Sequence record: MN850651.1
Source: Escherichia phage moskry
DNA length: 64,000 bases
Reading direction: 5' to 3' (one strand)
Part shown: piece after piece, positions 54,408 to 63,377 of the stretch
Layout of the letters: each line of letters starts with the position of its first letter
Numbering within the stretch: the stretch's first letter is position 1
Program-made: the position numbers and the translations under genes
Notes under the pieces: generated by a model
Databases searched by the model: none
What the model saw: only the letters and a program-made list of their open reading frames with translations
What the model was told of the DNA's origin: nothing

Positions 54408-54878
54408 TTAATCATGTTTCCACACCCCATCTGTATTTGACCAAAGTCGCTGATTATCTGATCCTCGCCACAGCTTTTTAGTCGGAAGATTTTTCTCATA
54501 CTTCCCATCAATAATAACATCAACATATTTAAGCATTTCTAGTTGTTTAATATCTTCAAACTTATATCCTGTCCACAACCAAATGCTTTTATTAGGATAA
54601 AGATTTTTTACTGTTTGAGCAATGCGATGAATAACATCTCGGTTATCAGGATAGAGAGGGTCTCCTCCTGTTATAGTTAATCCTTCTATATAATCATTAT
54701 TCAAACATTCAATTAATTGTTCTAGTGTCTCTCCAGTGAATGGAGCACCATTTCTAGCGTTCCATGTTGATTTATTATAACACCCTTCACATTTATGCAA
54801 ACAACCTGTAACGAAAAGAACGACCCTACAACCAGGGCCATTCACAAAATCGCAAGGATAAAATCTATCATAATTCAT
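54408..54878 (-). CDS. nrdG: anaerobic ribonucleotide reductase activating protein NrdG (radical SAM)
   Basis: 156 aa; CxxxCxxC (..GCLHKCEGCYN..), ..GLTITGGDP..; overlaps the nrdD stop. Confidence 0.9.
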   Translation of the reverse strand: MNYDRFYPCDFVNGPGCRVVLFVTGCLHKCEGCYNKSTWNARNGAPFTGETLEQLIECLNNDYIEGLTITGGDPLYPDNRDVIHRIAQTVKNLYPNKSIWLWTGYKFEDIKQLEMLKYVDVIIDGKYEKNLPTKKLWRGSDNQRLWSNTDGVWKHD

Positions 54879-56692
54879 TGGTGTTTAACCCTATGCATGA
54901 TTTCTTTATTTTTGCCTAGATTAAATCCGCGTTCGTTCGGGTTTCCAAGATAACCGCATGTTCTTCTTATAGTGTTCATCTTTTTAGGATCAGTTTCTCC
55001 GCAAACTGAACAAACAAATCCATTTTCGGTAGGAGTCATTTCATGAGTACTTCCACATGTAAAACATTTATCTACTGGCATATTAACACCAAAATAATCT
55101 AAATGTTGTGCAGCATAATCCCAGACAGCCTCAAGTCCCTTTAAATTGTTTTTCATATCTGGAAGTTCAACATAAGAAATGTGACCACCTGTCGCAATGA
55201 AATGATATGGCGCTTCACGAGAAATCTTTTCAAACGGAGTAATATTTTCTTCTACTGAAACATGGAAACTATTAGTGTACCAGCCTTTATCAGTGACATC
55301 CTTTACACTTCCATATTTTTCTGTATCAAGTTTACAGAAGCGATAACAAAGGTTTTCAGCAGGAGTGGAATATAAACTAAAAGCAAATCCGGTTCTTTCA
55401 GTCCACTGTTTAAGATGAGCATTCATTTTAGTTAAAATTTCTTGTCCAATATCACGACCGACAAGAATATTCAATTCGTGAATACCAATGTATCCTAGGG
55501 ACACTGAACTTCTACCGTTTTTAAATAACTCAATTATATCGTCATCAGGTTTAAGACGAACCCCGAATGCACCTTCTTGGTAAAGAATAGGAGCAACAGT
55601 CGCTTTAACTCCTTTTAAGGAACTAATTCTACACATCAAAGCTTCAAAACACAGGTCCATTCGTTCATTGAACAATTCGGCAAATTTCTGTTCATTGAAT
55701 TGTGTTCCAATATAAGAATCTAACGCAATACGAGGAAGATTCAGTGTTACAACGCCAAGATTATTGCGTCCATCAAGAATTTCATTGCCAGTTGAATCTT
55801 TCCATACGCTCAAGAAACTACGGCAGCCCATTGGAGAAACAGGAACTGAAGAACCGGTAATAGCTTTATTATTCTTAACCGAAATAATATCAGGATACAT
55901 TCTTTTGCTTGCGCACTCTAGAGCAAGCTGCTTAATATCATAGTTCGGATCATCTTTATAAAGATTAACACCTTCTTCAACAAACATAACAAGCTTAGGG
56001 AAAATAGGAGTTATTCCATCACGACCAAGACCTTTAATGCGGTTTTTAAGAATTGCTTTCTGAATCATTCGTTCAGTCCAGTCGGTTCCTGTACCAAATG
56101 TAATTGTTACAAAAGGAGTCTGTCCGTTTGAACTAAAGAGAGTATTTACTTCATATTCATAAGCTTGGAATGCATCGTATACGTCTTTTTCTGTTTTAGA
56201 TTGAGCATAATTCAACGCATCAGCGATTTGCCATTTTTCTGCATCTTCAACATGTTTAGCGTATGTGCGTTTAACATAAGGAGAAAGAACTTTATCGACA
56301 TTCGCAAATGTAGTTCCGCCATATTGGTGTGAAGCAACTTGTGCGGTAATTTGTGCCATAATTGCAGTAGCAACGCCAATAGATTTAGGCGTTTCAATTT
56401 GAGCATTGCCTAATTTAAATCCATTCTCAAGCATCCCCTTTAAATCGACTAAACAGCAATTGGTAAACGGAAGAGCAGGAGAATAATCAATATCATGCAT
56501 GTGAATGATTCCGCTTTCATGCGCATGCATAATAAAAGACGGGACCATATTTTTGGCAATGTGCTTAGACACAATACCAGCCATAAGGTCCCGTTGAGTT
56601 GGAAAAACACGAGAATCTTTATTAGCATTCTCGTTCAAAAGATCTTTATTAGTTTTATAAATTAATCCTTCAATTTCTTTTTCAATTTTCAT
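54875..56692 (-). CDS. nrdD: anaerobic ribonucleotide reductase large subunit NrdD (class III), intronless
   Basis: 605 aa uninterrupted; C-terminal Zn ribbon (CFTCGS..CSVCG) and glycyl-radical motif ..RRTCGYLG.. Confidence 0.95.
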   Translation of the reverse strand: MKIEKEIEGLIYKTNKDLLNENANKDSRVFPTQRDLMAGIVSKHIAKNMVPSFIMHAHESGIIHMHDIDYSPALPFTNCCLVDLKGMLENGFKLGNAQIETPKSIGVATAIMAQITAQVASHQYGGTTFANVDKVLSPYVKRTYAKHVEDAEKWQIADALNYAQSKTEKDVYDAFQAYEYEVNTLFSSNGQTPFVTITFGTGTDWTERMIQKAILKNRIKGLGRDGITPIFPKLVMFVEEGVNLYKDDPNYDIKQLALECASKRMYPDIISVKNNKAITGSSVPVSPMGCRSFLSVWKDSTGNEILDGRNNLGVVTLNLPRIALDSYIGTQFNEQKFAELFNERMDLCFEALMCRISSLKGVKATVAPILYQEGAFGVRLKPDDDIIELFKNGRSSVSLGYIGIHELNILVGRDIGQEILTKMNAHLKQWTERTGFAFSLYSTPAENLCYRFCKLDTEKYGSVKDVTDKGWYTNSFHVSVEENITPFEKISREAPYHFIATGGHISYVELPDMKNNLKGLEAVWDYAAQHLDYFGVNMPVDKCFTCGSTHEMTPTENGFVCSVCGETDPKKMNTIRRTCGYLGNPNERGFNLGKNKEIMHRVKHQ

Positions 56693-57162
56693 TTTAAACT
56701 CTTTCTAAGCTGCTTTTTGAATGAAGCTATTAATTGTGTTTTAGTATCAGATTCATTATATTCAAATCCTCTTTGAAGCATCTCGGTCATCATTTCCTCT
56801 TTACCTAGTCTTGAGAACTCTTTAGTTTTGTCTGGAACAAAATTAGGATGGACATTATTATCAGAATAGTCTTGTTTCAAATAAGCAAGAAGAGCTTCAA
56901 GCCATTCGAGGTAATCAACGTTTTGACCTTTAAGACCAGAACGGTTGAACTTATGCTTCATTTGACCTTCTGCTGCATTGCACAGGTTACATAGTAAACC
57001 ACGAACCTTACCAGCTTTTGGCCCGTTTAATTCATGGTCGTGGTCAAGATGGTTACCTTGAACATCAGGGTCTAATTCACGGTGGCAAATAGGACACTTA
57101 CCATTCTGTGCATCATAAAATTTTTGTTTTTCTTCTTTATATTTTGCGCCTGATAATAACAT
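56689..57162 (-). CDS. 49: endonuclease VII (Holliday junction resolvase) gp49
   Basis: 157 aa; MLLSGAKYKEEKQKFYDAQNGKCPIC.. and ..HLDHDHELNGPKAGKVRGLLCNLCNAAEG.. match T4 endo VII from memory. Confidence 0.9.
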   Translation of the reverse strand: MLLSGAKYKEEKQKFYDAQNGKCPICHRELDPDVQGNHLDHDHELNGPKAGKVRGLLCNLCNAAEGQMKHKFNRSGLKGQNVDYLEWLEALLAYLKQDYSDNNVHPNFVPDKTKEFSRLGKEEMMTEMLQRGFEYNESDTKTQLIASFKKQLRKSLK

Positions 57163-57197
57163 GATAAACCCTTACCTTAAATAGATAAGGGTATTTA

Positions 57198-57623
57198 TTA
57201 ACTTAAACGTCTTTCTAAATATTCAATGTATTCTGCGGCTGCTTGCATCAGGTTACCTTCATAGCCGTCGTTATTTTCTTGTCCGGCTAATTTAGCTAAT
57301 GCATAAGAAATTCGTTCACCTTCGAATTCACCAAGTTTACTACCTAGCACATCCGCAATATCAGCCGAATCAATTTCTTCGAGTTCATCTATTGAATGGG
57401 ATTCCCAGAAGCACCAAAGAGAAGTATCACGGTCATAGATGCAAAGTTTCTCACCTGTGTTCAACATCACTTCGATAATGCCATGGTCGCCATAACCATC
57501 TTCGGTAGTAGTACCAATTACCTTGATGATCGTATCTTTCTTTAATTCAGGAAACTTGACTTGTAGTTCTTCATCTTCTTTAACAATCTTGAACCATTTA
57601 CCGCGAGTTTCAGAAATATTCAT
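57198..57623 (-). CDS. hypothetical acidic protein (pin position of T4; track ORF extends to 57761)
   Basis: Internal Met start chosen to avoid overlap with the upstream small ORF. Confidence 0.4.
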   Translation of the reverse strand: MNISETRGKWFKIVKEDEELQVKFPELKKDTIIKVIGTTTEDGYGDHGIIEVMLNTGEKLCIYDRDTSLWCFWESHSIDELEEIDSADIADVLGSKLGEFEGERISYALAKLAGQENNDGYEGNLMQAAAEYIEYLERRLS

Positions 57624-57624
57624 A

Positions 57625-57795
57625 TCAATATTCTCTATAAAAGTTACGATGAGAACGTTTAGCTTTGCGAAGCTGACGTTTAGTAGGACGAACTGTAAAT
57701 GGTTGTCCAGAGAAAAAATTCGGATCGGTTTTAATAAGCAAATACCAATCATGTTTGCCATTTTTTAATAAACGGTACAATAATTTAACTTGCAT
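57625..57795 (-). CDS. small basic protein (track ORF extends to 57822)
   Basis: ORF track. Confidence 0.3.
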   Translation of the reverse strand: MQVKLLYRLLKNGKHDWYLLIKTDPNFFSGQPFTVRPTKRQLRKAKRSHRNFYREY

Positions 57796-57923
57796 AATAA
57801 TCTCTTCCCATTTCCATATCAATTAATTCATTTATTGAAGGTTCATCATAACACGTTTCTTCGTCGTTGTAAACTGATTCGACGTCTGGCTCGACCGTCT
57901 CCCATCGAGCCGAATACCATGGT

Positions 57924-58133
57924 TTAACCGCGGAGCTTATTGAGCTCTTCATAATCAACCCAAGATTCTAGCCCAGATGGCAAATCAGATTCAATTTCCC
58001 AAAGAAGCTCTTCAATTTTCTGAAGACGATCTAATTCTTCAACAGGAATAGTAACCATTGATGGAGCTCTTGCTGCACTAATATCGTAAATCATATTTAC
58101 CCCAGTTTGACCACACAATCGCCATATTTCCAC
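57924..58133 (-). CDS. hypothetical protein (69 aa)
   Basis: ORF track. Confidence 0.35.
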   Translation of the reverse strand: MEIWRLCGQTGVNMIYDISAARAPSMVTIPVEELDRLQKIEELLWEIESDLPSGLESWVDYEELNKLRG

Positions 58134-58312
58134 TTAGAAATAGACTTTTCGCCATTAGAATAATAAACTTCGAGTTTAGCACGATTATTTTTAATTTGAA
58201 TAACCTTGGCTGTCATCAAAGTTCCATACCCATAGTAAACTGCAACTTCATCACCTACATATACCGCGTTTCCACGGTAGTCATGGATATAATCAGTTCC
58301 TTTAAGCATCAT
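58097..58312 (-). CDS. hypothetical protein (71 aa)
   Basis: ORF track. Confidence 0.4.
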   Translation of the reverse strand: MMLKGTDYIHDYRGNAVYVGDEVAVYYGYGTLMTAKVIQIKNNRAKLEVYYSNGEKSISKWKYGDCVVKLG

Positions 58313-58572
58313 TTAAAATATTCCCGCAGTTGATCAAATCCACCAATGTGACTTCCGTCAGGAGCAAACACTTGAGGCATAGTCAATCCAACTTGTGATT
58401 TACGTCCAAGCTTAACCAGAAGCTCAGCAATTTTTTCTTCATCGAATACACCTTTTTCTGGCATAACATTAATGAATTCAAATGGCTGTTTCTTAACAGT
58501 CAGCAATCGTTTAGCATTATCACAATAAATGCATTTATGAATAGTAGAGTCATACCCGTACACTTTAAACAT
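58309..58572 (-). CDS. nrdC: thioredoxin/glutaredoxin NrdC
   Basis: 87 aa from MFKVYGYDSTIHKCIYCDNAKRLL..; ..GLTMPQVFAPDGSHIGGFDQLREYFK matches T4 NrdC from memory. Confidence 0.85.
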   Translation of the reverse strand: MFKVYGYDSTIHKCIYCDNAKRLLTVKKQPFEFINVMPEKGVFDEEKIAELLVKLGRKSQVGLTMPQVFAPDGSHIGGFDQLREYFK

Positions 58573-58978
58573 TATTTTTCCTTTCATCGATTAAATATGC
58601 AACGCCAAATACAATACATGTAATAAAACCTGTGATACAGATAGAAACCAACAACACTGTACCAAAGAACCAAATCAGGTTATCTTTAGTAGTTTGTTTG
58701 ATATCCATCTCACGAATTTCTATAGCTATCGTATCACCTTTATTCAGAAGCGTATAAAACGAAGGTGATACACGCCTGTCAAAAACTCGTCCTTGTTCAT
58801 CTTTATAAACTGCAATAAATTCTAATTTAGAATATTTTCCTGTAGATTGTCCTGAGATTAATTCCACTACCTCCACAGGAATTACTTTAGTTTCCATGTA
58901 AGTATTCTGGCTGTTCCAAATGAATGGAATGATGGCAAAAACTAAAGCTGCGATAAAACAACGAAGGCTATATCTCAT
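58565..58978 (-). CDS. membrane protein (137 aa, N- and C-terminal TM segments)
   Basis: ORF track; hydrophobic termini. Confidence 0.5.
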   Translation of the reverse strand: MRYSLRCFIAALVFAIIPFIWNSQNTYMETKVIPVEVVELISGQSTGKYSKLEFIAVYKDEQGRVFDRRVSPSFYTLLNKGDTIAIEIREMDIKQTTKDNLIWFFGTVLLVSICITGFITCIVFGVAYLIDERKNNV

Positions 58979-59283
58979 TATAATGTTCTCTCAAATTTGT
59001 GGAAGCATTTACGGCATTTCAATTTCAAGTTATCAGTGGTCCAGTTAACCAGTTGGACTTGGATAGTTCCACATTCCGGGCATGGATGTTTTGCTGCCGA
59101 TTTGGCAGCATTTTCACGTCGTTCAACCATTTTCATTATTTCGTTCCATGCCGGAGGAACGAACTCTTCTTCACCGTGGATTTTATCTCGCTGAACAAAT
59201 TCGATCTTTGAACTATCGTCAATAAACTTAACCAAGCCATGATTAGTGCTCATATCAATATCCTCTAAAAGACGTAGTTTCAT
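58978..59283 (-). CDS. zinc-ribbon protein (101 aa)
   Basis: ..CPECGTIQV..CRKCFHKF.. near the C-terminus. Confidence 0.5.
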   Translation of the reverse strand: MKLRLLEDIDMSTNHGLVKFIDDSSKIEFVQRDKIHGEEEFVPPAWNEIMKMVERRENAAKSAAKHPCPECGTIQVQLVNWTTDNLKLKCRKCFHKFERTL

Positions 59284-60233
59284 TATAACACCTCAATGGC
59301 ATTTCGTAAACCATCCGCTTTCGCATTCAGAGCTTTTAACGATTTAGTTTGTTCTGCAATCTGGGCTTCGACTTCTTTCAGACGAGATTTGAGATATTCG
59401 CGTTCTTCTCTTAAGTTATCAACTTTTTCTGCTTTAGGCTCTTTAATAGGCTTAGGCTTATACTCGTTAGGGTTCTTCAACTTAATTTGAATGCGAGAAC
59501 TGTATAACATTGAACCATTATCTTCGGTTTCATCATACATTTCTACCACGTCCATGATTCTTAACATCATGCGAAGTTTATAAGACAGCGAACGAACGGT
59601 TTTGTTGCGCTTATTAATTTCTTCGGCTTTCATGGTACCGAGATTACGTGAGTAGTAATAAGGAACCTGGATATCAATTGATAATGATGCGTTACCATTA
59701 CCGGTTGGTTTGAATACTGCAGTAACCCAATCTTTAACATGAACTTTATTTGTACGATCATCGCCGCCTGTGAATAATTTACGAGAATGTTTAAAAAGCA
59801 TATTCACTTGGTTATTGAATTCACAAGCAAATTTATCAGCAAATTTAGTTTCAGGAATGGTAGATAACCAATCAGCCAAATGAGTCTTTTTAACATCATT
59901 AACAATAGTGAATTCAACCAAATCGGTTTTAGATGTCACAGATTTAATAAAGCTCGGCTTCATAAAGTTTTTAATGTTATCGCGAGCTACAGTAGAAGAT
60001 AATAAACGAGAACGTTTGAACCATTGAAGCAACGTCCCTAACGAATGAGAATACGCATTTTGAGTATCTTTACAGATATGATTTTCTTGGCCTATGTATG
60101 TACCAAAATCGCGAAGAATACCACTTACTACATCTCGGTGTGGAACATCAAATCCTAGTGCACCAGAAGCACGTTGGGCATGAACGTTAGCGATAAGACC
60201 TGCAAAGTATTCAATGTAATGTGAACGTGTCAT
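59283..60233 (-). CDS. hypothetical protein with C-terminal coiled coil (316 aa)
   Basis: ORF track; heptad-like C-terminal 50 aa (..LKSRLKEVEAQIAEQTKSLKALNAKADGLRNAIEVL). Confidence 0.5.
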   Translation of the reverse strand: MTRSHYIEYFAGLIANVHAQRASGALGFDVPHRDVVSGILRDFGTYIGQENHICKDTQNAYSHSLGTLLQWFKRSRLLSSTVARDNIKNFMKPSFIKSVTSKTDLVEFTIVNDVKKTHLADWLSTIPETKFADKFACEFNNQVNMLFKHSRKLFTGGDDRTNKVHVKDWVTAVFKPTGNGNASLSIDIQVPYYYSRNLGTMKAEEINKRNKTVRSLSYKLRMMLRIMDVVEMYDETEDNGSMLYSSRIQIKLKNPNEYKPKPIKEPKAEKVDNLREEREYLKSRLKEVEAQIAEQTKSLKALNAKADGLRNAIEVL

Positions 60234-60260
60234 AATATTTTCCTCTCATTAAGATAGATT

Positions 60261-60290
60261 CATTATACTCCAACCATCCTTGGTTGTAAA
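60261..60290 (-). promoter_or_regulatory. early promoter, copy 3 of the repeated module (GTTTAC-N18-TATAAT)
   Basis: ATTATACTCCAACCATCCTTGGTTGTAAAC, identical to the copy at about 18189. Confidence 0.5.
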
Positions 60291-60295
60291 CTATT

Positions 60296-61255
60296 TTATG
60301 ATTTTAATGCATTCATTGCGTTAAAAAGTTTAGAATACTGCAACTGGAGATTCGTTACAACACTTTGAGCATCACGAAGTTTAGCTTGTGCTTTGTCAAG
60401 TTCAACAGACAGTTGGTCCATAGTGGCCTTGATTTGATTATAATGGTAATCTTCGGCCGGAAGAAGGTCATTAGAAACATTTAGTTTTACTGCAGACAGT
60501 TTGCACACATTTGGCAAACCTTTAAACATTGATTTACCCGAAGTAGAATAAGCACTTAGGACTTCGGCCTGTTCAATTGGGGTCCCAGTAAGCGATGCTT
60601 CAAACGTTGCATTTTCCTTTTTAAGATTTTGATAATATTCGGAGTCTTTGTGCCACCATGGCGCAGGAACCTTTTTACCAATAGATACACGAGCCTGGAT
60701 AGCGATATGGCCCTTATTCTTGATAGGGTTGATAATATTAAGCTCACGAGAATAAATTGCTTTAATCTGGTGAATATTATCACCTAAAACTTCCAACGCT
60801 TGGTGGAATACACGAGCAACGTTATCATTCTTAGGTTTATACGTAAGAGTGAACTCATTCTCACTGATAACCATGATTTCCAACTTATCGTAAGTATATT
60901 TCAAATGTTTCATGTTAATTGCTTGAGGATGAATACGAGAAGCAATGGCCATCAGATTGTTAAGGTTATTCCGGAACTGCTTAGCGAAATATTGTCCTTC
61001 ACCGCCAATACAAAAATTACGAAGTTTCTGTTTGGCTAATAAACGGCTGAACTCACCATTTTTAATGAACTCTTTAACGGGTGTGTTAGTAACGCATTCA
61101 AATTGAGTAAACTTACGAGAAGTAATCCCATAATATGAACAGACTTCCTCAATCTCTTCAGGAGTCTTTACAGGCATACGGATAGGATTAGGTCCTGGAG
61201 TATATGCGTTCGAGGTAAATTCTTTGATAAGTTCTTTACGTGTAATAAAAGCCAT
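60296..61255 (-). CDS. hypothetical protein with C-terminal coiled coil (319 aa)
   Basis: ORF track; C-terminal ..LDKAQAKLRDAQSVVTNLQLQYSKLFNAMNALKS. Confidence 0.5.
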   Translation of the reverse strand: MAFITRKELIKEFTSNAYTPGPNPIRMPVKTPEEIEEVCSYYGITSRKFTQFECVTNTPVKEFIKNGEFSRLLAKQKLRNFCIGGEGQYFAKQFRNNLNNLMAIASRIHPQAINMKHLKYTYDKLEIMVISENEFTLTYKPKNDNVARVFHQALEVLGDNIHQIKAIYSRELNIINPIKNKGHIAIQARVSIGKKVPAPWWHKDSEYYQNLKKENATFEASLTGTPIEQAEVLSAYSTSGKSMFKGLPNVCKLSAVKLNVSNDLLPAEDYHYNQIKATMDQLSVELDKAQAKLRDAQSVVTNLQLQYSKLFNAMNALKS

Positions 61256-61281
61256 TTTATATTCCTCATGTTGAAAAATTT

Positions 61282-61310
61282 ATTATACTCCAACCATCCT
61301 TGGTTGTACA
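61282..61310 (-). promoter_or_regulatory. early promoter, copy 4 of the repeated module (TGTACA-N17-TATAAT)
   Basis: ATTATACTCCAACCATCCTTGGTTGTACA. Confidence 0.5.
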
Positions 61311-62306
61311 TCATTCCTTAAGAAGTTTTACTACTTGAATAAGATTAGCTCGTTCTGTTTTATTTTTACCATTTAAGCCTGCTAATCGTGAGATTTCATC
61401 GTCAGTCTGTTGAATAGTTACATTAAGTTCGTTAATCAAAGCTTCAAAGTATTTGATTTGCTCAGCATGTTTTGATTCAAATTTCTGAACAGGAATAACG
61501 TCTTGGTTCAGTTCATCAATAAGGTCTTTAAGAGCATCTTCTTGGTTGATATCATATTCAACTTCTTTTATTTCTTCAACGAGCTCGTCTTTATATCTAA
61601 CGTCTTTTAGTCCTGGTGCTGGTCCTGAAATCTCTTCTTTAAGAGTACAAACATATCCAATACGGTATCCAATGCCGTCTCGCTTGATATCAACTTCGTC
61701 GATAAATCCACAATGTTTAAGACCAGAGCCGATTAGGTCAAAATATCCTTGACGTCGTCCTTCAAACGTTACACGAACTACTAAGACAGTTTTACCTGCA
61801 ACCTTTTGAAGCTCACATTTATAAAAGTCAGTTGAACCTGAATAACTTGGATGAGTTTTAAAGTTCATCTGACGATCTAGGCCCATTTGTAAGCGTGCTG
61901 TTACGGCCATAAAACGTGTTTGGTTCTCGTTAAGATGAGCAACAATCCATTTCAAAGGCATTTTACACTGTTCACGACCGAACAAATCAGTACGTCCTAG
62001 ATTACGCAGGATGTTGTTAGAGTTAATCATCGACAGAACGTTAAGTTTATTCAGCGCGCTGAAGATTCCATCAGCCATTGATTTTCCATAACCTTTACAC
62101 GCTTTAATAAGTGCTCGCGGCAGATTAGTATAGATTTCAGACGGCATATGAAAATCAAATTTACTAACCAGTAATTGATGAACTTGGATAGCAATTTGTT
62201 CATAATTAAGTGCTCTGCGATCGTTATGGTCTTTAAACCACACTTTAATCTGTGAAGCACATAAACCGTTAATTTCATGTTTTACCGCATCAGATGTAAT
62301 GCTCAT
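61311..62306 (-). CDS. hypothetical protein with C-terminal coiled coil (331 aa)
   Basis: ORF track. Confidence 0.5.
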   Translation of the reverse strand: MSITSDAVKHEINGLCASQIKVWFKDHNDRRALNYEQIAIQVHQLLVSKFDFHMPSEIYTNLPRALIKACKGYGKSMADGIFSALNKLNVLSMINSNNILRNLGRTDLFGREQCKMPLKWIVAHLNENQTRFMAVTARLQMGLDRQMNFKTHPSYSGSTDFYKCELQKVAGKTVLVVRVTFEGRRQGYFDLIGSGLKHCGFIDEVDIKRDGIGYRIGYVCTLKEEISGPAPGLKDVRYKDELVEEIKEVEYDINQEDALKDLIDELNQDVIPVQKFESKHAEQIKYFEALINELNVTIQQTDDEISRLAGLNGKNKTERANLIQVVKLLKE

Positions 62307-62368
62307 AACTATTTCCTCAGATTGAATTGGAACTCAAAACCATTATAACCCGTCCTTGGGTAAAGCGT

Positions 62369-62893
62369 TTATGCGTGAACCGTCTTTAAACGTTCTTCAA
62401 ATTTCCGAAGAAGTGCTTGGCGTTCTGCTCGTTGTTCCGTATAAGTTTTAATACGACCTGAAGTGAGGGCGTATTGTTCGTTTACCGATTCCTTCATAAA
62501 ATCAGGAATCTCACGACAAGCTTTTATTTCGTCGAACTTGTCAATAACTGCTTGTTGTTCTGCAATCAGATTGTTGTAGTATTCGATATCCGATTTAATG
62601 TTTTGGATATCAGACTCAGTAGGCATGTTACGTGCTTTACGTTTTGCCTGATACTCTGCGTTTGTAGCACGACTCCAGTGAAGAGTACGTTTTTTGTTAG
62701 TGTTTTTATAGACTTCCAAAATCCCAACTGAATCGATGATAACAATCCAGTTCCAACGGCTTTTGTAAATCTCTCCTCCAGAAACGGTAATCTCGTTACC
62801 GCATGCTACTTCATTAAAGAACTTGCTTTGTGCTTCAGATTTAAATTTACCGTCGTTATAATTTACCAGGTTGAAAATATCTTTAGCGTTCAT
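62369..62893 (-). CDS. hypothetical protein (174 aa)
   Basis: ORF track. Confidence 0.5.
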   Translation of the reverse strand: MNAKDIFNLVNYNDGKFKSEAQSKFFNEVACGNEITVSGGEIYKSRWNWIVIIDSVGILEVYKNTNKKRTLHWSRATNAEYQAKRKARNMPTESDIQNIKSDIEYYNNLIAEQQAVIDKFDEIKACREIPDFMKESVNEQYALTSGRIKTYTEQRAERQALLRKFEERLKTVHA

Positions 62894-62920
62894 GTTTTAC
62901 CTCCAGTAGTTGATAGGTCT

Positions 62921-62949
62921 ATAATAACATAACTATAGACCTTGTAAAC
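62921..62949 (-). promoter_or_regulatory. early promoter GTTTAC-N17-TATTAT
   Basis: Read directly; followed by AGACCTATCAAC. Confidence 0.5.
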
Positions 62950-62951
62950 AA

Positions 62952-63239
62952 CTAAAAGAAACTTTTTTCGGTATTTTTTCCACTGAACCAAACCGACTTC
63001 GGGATTTTTTGTAATTTTTCAGATTTAAGTTTCTCTTCCAGTTCTTTCTTATATACACCCTTGTCGTACTGGAGCATCTCTATGGCATTCTTTTGCAAAC
63101 GATCTAAGGTAATTAAGGCTTTAGTTTTTCCTTTCAAGGAAGAGTCCTGGCGAACCTCCTCGCTATATTGCATCGTAGAACTAACCATACGATGAGCATA
63201 CAGTTCGACTGCGGCTTTAATTTTTTGCATAAAATCCAT
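62952..63239 (-). CDS. hypothetical protein (95 aa)
   Basis: ORF track. Confidence 0.4.
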   Translation of the reverse strand: MDFMQKIKAAVELYAHRMVSSTMQYSEEVRQDSSLKGKTKALITLDRLQKNAIEMLQYDKGVYKKELEEKLKSEKLQKIPKSVWFSGKNTEKSFF

Positions 63240-63377
63240 AACATATCCTCTTTGATTTGTACATCATTATTTTTAAATATTTCTATGCCCTCAGTAGGTT
63301 CCTGGTGTCCTTCTTTGAGGTAAGCCATATGATTATTCATCTTTATGGCTTTTGTTACCTCAGAACTTCCTATAAGC

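Noticed and set aside
54314-54526. 70-aa ORF overlapping the 3' end of nrdG
   Set aside because: Most of it lies inside nrdG in another frame; only a short internal-start version would be plausible, with no supporting signal.
62985-63010. Possible terminator (CCGACUUCGGG plus U-run)
   Set aside because: Stem only 3-4 bp; too weak to call.
63134-63340. 68-aa ORF overlapping the 62952-63239 gene
   Set aside because: Overlaps the neighbouring ORF by more than 100 nt in another frame with no RBS; probably not coding.
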